Shown here one piece after another: positions 63,555 through 64,000 of a stretch of DNA of 64,000 nt. A program made the position numbers and the translations under genes. This stretch comes from Bacteroidales bacterium (GTDB lineage Bacteria; Bacteroidota; Bacteroidia; Bacteroidales; VadinHA17): NCBI GenBank assembly GCA_029974835.1, contig JARKQN010000016.1:5379-69378 (forward strand). The letters run 5' to 3'. The notes under the pieces are model-generated. The model was not told the origin of the DNA. It ran no database searches and saw only the letters and a program-made list of their open reading frames with translations. Each line of letters begins with the position of its first letter. Within the stretch, counting starts at the first letter, position 1.

Positions 63555-64000
63555 TTACCTGAAAACTCTTTCTATCGCATCTAATCCAACCCCCAGTATT
63601 CTGCGGGCAACATCATCAATATTTTTTCTTGATCCGGTTATATGCACGGTTGTCTGGGTGTGTATTATACTTTCACCCGGAGCCAGCCCGGCGGCCGGCG
63701 AAGATGTTTCGAGCTCATAAAACGGGCCCATCTGCGTACCATCTTCGAGGGGACCGTCATTATAGGAATTATAGGCATCACCGGAATATGGATCCTTCTG
63801 AAGTTCCCATGCTGAATTGACATAGTCAGTGACGTTCTCCGGAAGATTGCAGAAGAGAAGGGTAAGAACATTATTTTCCGAATCATAGCTGCCCATTACA
63901 CCCGTTGTTCTGAGAGGAGGGATTCCTATCTTTCCGCGACTCCTGCCGTCGGCTTTAAAGAAGACATGGCTGCCTGTCACCTTTAACCTGTCGGGCGCTA
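63555..64000 (-). CDS. Conserved-looking hypothetical protein, C-terminal ~148 aa (5' end beyond the window end)
   Basis: TAA is the complement of 63555-63557. The frame stays open past the track's GTG (63978-63980) to position 64000 (...APDRLKVTGSHVFF...). No family recognised with confidence. Confidence 0.5.
   Translation of the reverse strand, partial: APDRLKVTGSHVFFKADGRSRGKIGIPPLRTTGVMGSYDSENNVLTLLFCNLPENVTDYVNSAWELQKDPYSGDAYNSYNDGPLEDGTQMGPFYELETSSPAAGLAPGESIIHTQTTVHITGSRKNIDDVARRILGVGLDAIERVFR

Overview
All functional calls rest on motif recognition by eye; no homology search, HMM or RNA-folding program was run.

This looks like a chromosomal segment of a Bacteroidota-type genome. Support: Bacteroides-style TTTG-N19-TAnnTTTG promoter boxes, many SpI, SpII and TAT signal peptides, a mitochondrial-type aconitase in an acn-icd-gltA cluster, and a high density of carbohydrate-active enzymes.

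Layout:
- 1-29.9 kb: a dense glycan-degradation cluster. It holds GH2, a DUF1080 protein, GH92, sialate O-acetylesterase, three sulfatases, a GH140-like protein, an MFS sugar transporter with a ROK kinase, GH29, a beta-helix protein, a PhoD phosphatase, a TAT-exported TIM-barrel enzyme, two unknowns and a GH3 gene remnant. No SusC/SusD pair or regulator lies in the window.
- 30.2-42.6 kb: core anabolism. This is a tightly packed proB-proA-acnA-icd-gltA string, then thrA-thrB-thrC preceded by a Thr-rich leader peptide and a terminator/antiterminator.
- 42.6-64 kb: mixed housekeeping and glycan genes. These include a nucleoside hydrolase, GH29, a BASS transporter, an esterase, ribokinase, GH88, a TAT Gfo/Idh/MocA oxidoreductase, an HGSNAT-like acyltransferase, GH2, an amidase, an aldo/keto reductase, tRNA-Ser(CGA) and the M3 peptidase Dcp.

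I saw no transposase, integrase, CRISPR/cas or recognisable defence or toxin genes, and I cannot support a novel multi-gene protein system.

The most unusual signals are non-coding:
- a 1-kb nested array of 12 covarying mini-hairpin modules (16.1-17.2 kb);
- the thr leader/attenuator (37.6-37.8 kb);
- a phased 17-bp x ~15 AT-rich tandem array (54.7-54.9 kb);
- a strand-asymmetric purine tract with a 12-bp triplet repeat beside the tRNA.
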